A DNA stretch of 52,365 bases, from positions 1 to 52,365 of the forward strand of contig VGKT01000003.1 in assembly GCA_016866955.1 (NCBI GenBank), in the 5' to 3' direction. The notes under the pieces are model-generated. The model worked only from the letters and a program-made list of their open reading frames with translations, made no database searches and was not told where the DNA came from. Below are positions 52,276 through 52,365 of this stretch, piece by piece (position 1 is the first letter of the stretch; each line of letters begins with the position of its first letter). A program made the translations under genes and the position numbers. Source of the DNA: Candidatus Pacearchaeota archaeon. Lineage in GTDB: Archaea > Nanobdellota > Nanobdellia > Pacearchaeales > GW2011-AR1.

Positions 52276-52365
52276 TGGATTTAATTTTGGGACAAACAAA
52301 ATTAGGAAAGGCAGTTTTTGCGAATAAAGATTTTAAAAAGGGGGAAGAAATCATCGAGTTTGGAG
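52276..52365 (+). CDS. 5' end of a CDS running off the window, possibly SET-domain-like
   Basis: The ATG lies about 27 nt after a TTTTTATATAG box. MDLILGQTKLGKAVFANKDFKKGEEIIEFG resembles the GxGVFAxxxIxKGExI N-terminus of small SET-domain proteins. Only 30 codons are visible. Confidence 0.35.

Noticed and set aside
1-52365. I looked for CRISPR arrays, rRNA genes, additional tRNAs, transposases, integrases and IS-type terminal inverted repeats.
   Set aside because: I noticed no regularly spaced direct repeats, no rRNA-like conserved stretches and no second T-loop/acceptor pattern. No DDE or tyrosine-recombinase-like translations appear in any frame of the track. A by-eye scan can miss short or degenerate elements.

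Overview
This is an AT-rich, tightly packed archaeal chromosome segment. I infer a small-genome DPANN-type archaeon, but that cannot be verified without a database. No CRISPR array, rRNA, transposase or integrase is visible.

The backbone is housekeeping:
- Three aminoacyl-tRNA synthetases (gltX, thrS, trpS).
- ppa, trhO, a NifS-type cysteine desulfurase, nrdR-nrdJ, pcm, thioredoxin and tRNA-Lys(UUU).
- The archaeal transcription/translation super-operon: rpoH, rpoB (unsplit), rpoA (one fused A'+A'' ORF), nusA, then rps12, rps7, EF-2 and EF-1alpha.
- dnaG and a translationally coupled hsp20-cdc48 pair.

Accessory genes, mostly envelope-directed, are interspersed:
- A Cys-rich adhesin with a C-terminal anchor.
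- Two paralogous archaeal type IV pilin-like proteins, one carrying a roughly 310-aa C-terminal extension.
- An NlpC/P60-like hydrolase.
- A single-pass receptor with a degenerate cyclase-like domain.
- A Tat-signal HExxH protein.
- A RelE-type toxin-antitoxin module.
- Several proteins I cannot assign to any family.

Most genes have a TTTAAA or TTTATATA box centred about 26 nt before the ATG, which suggests leaderless mRNAs. Several divergent gene pairs share a single box.

Candidates for something undescribed, best first:
1. The module at 1818-4306: a 512-aa coiled-coil/beta protein, a coupled disordered protein and a divergent Ser-rich miniprotein.
2. The pilin pair with its cargo-bearing paralogue (6490-9289).
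3. The unassignable cluster at 50039-52028.
4. A glycosyltransferase plus a sphingomyelin-synthase-like (PAP2_C) gene pair inserted inside the rpo/ribosomal operon.

Separately, two exact short copies of aaRS-internal sequence sit in neighbouring genes: 22 nt from gltX and 38 nt (inverted) from thrS.
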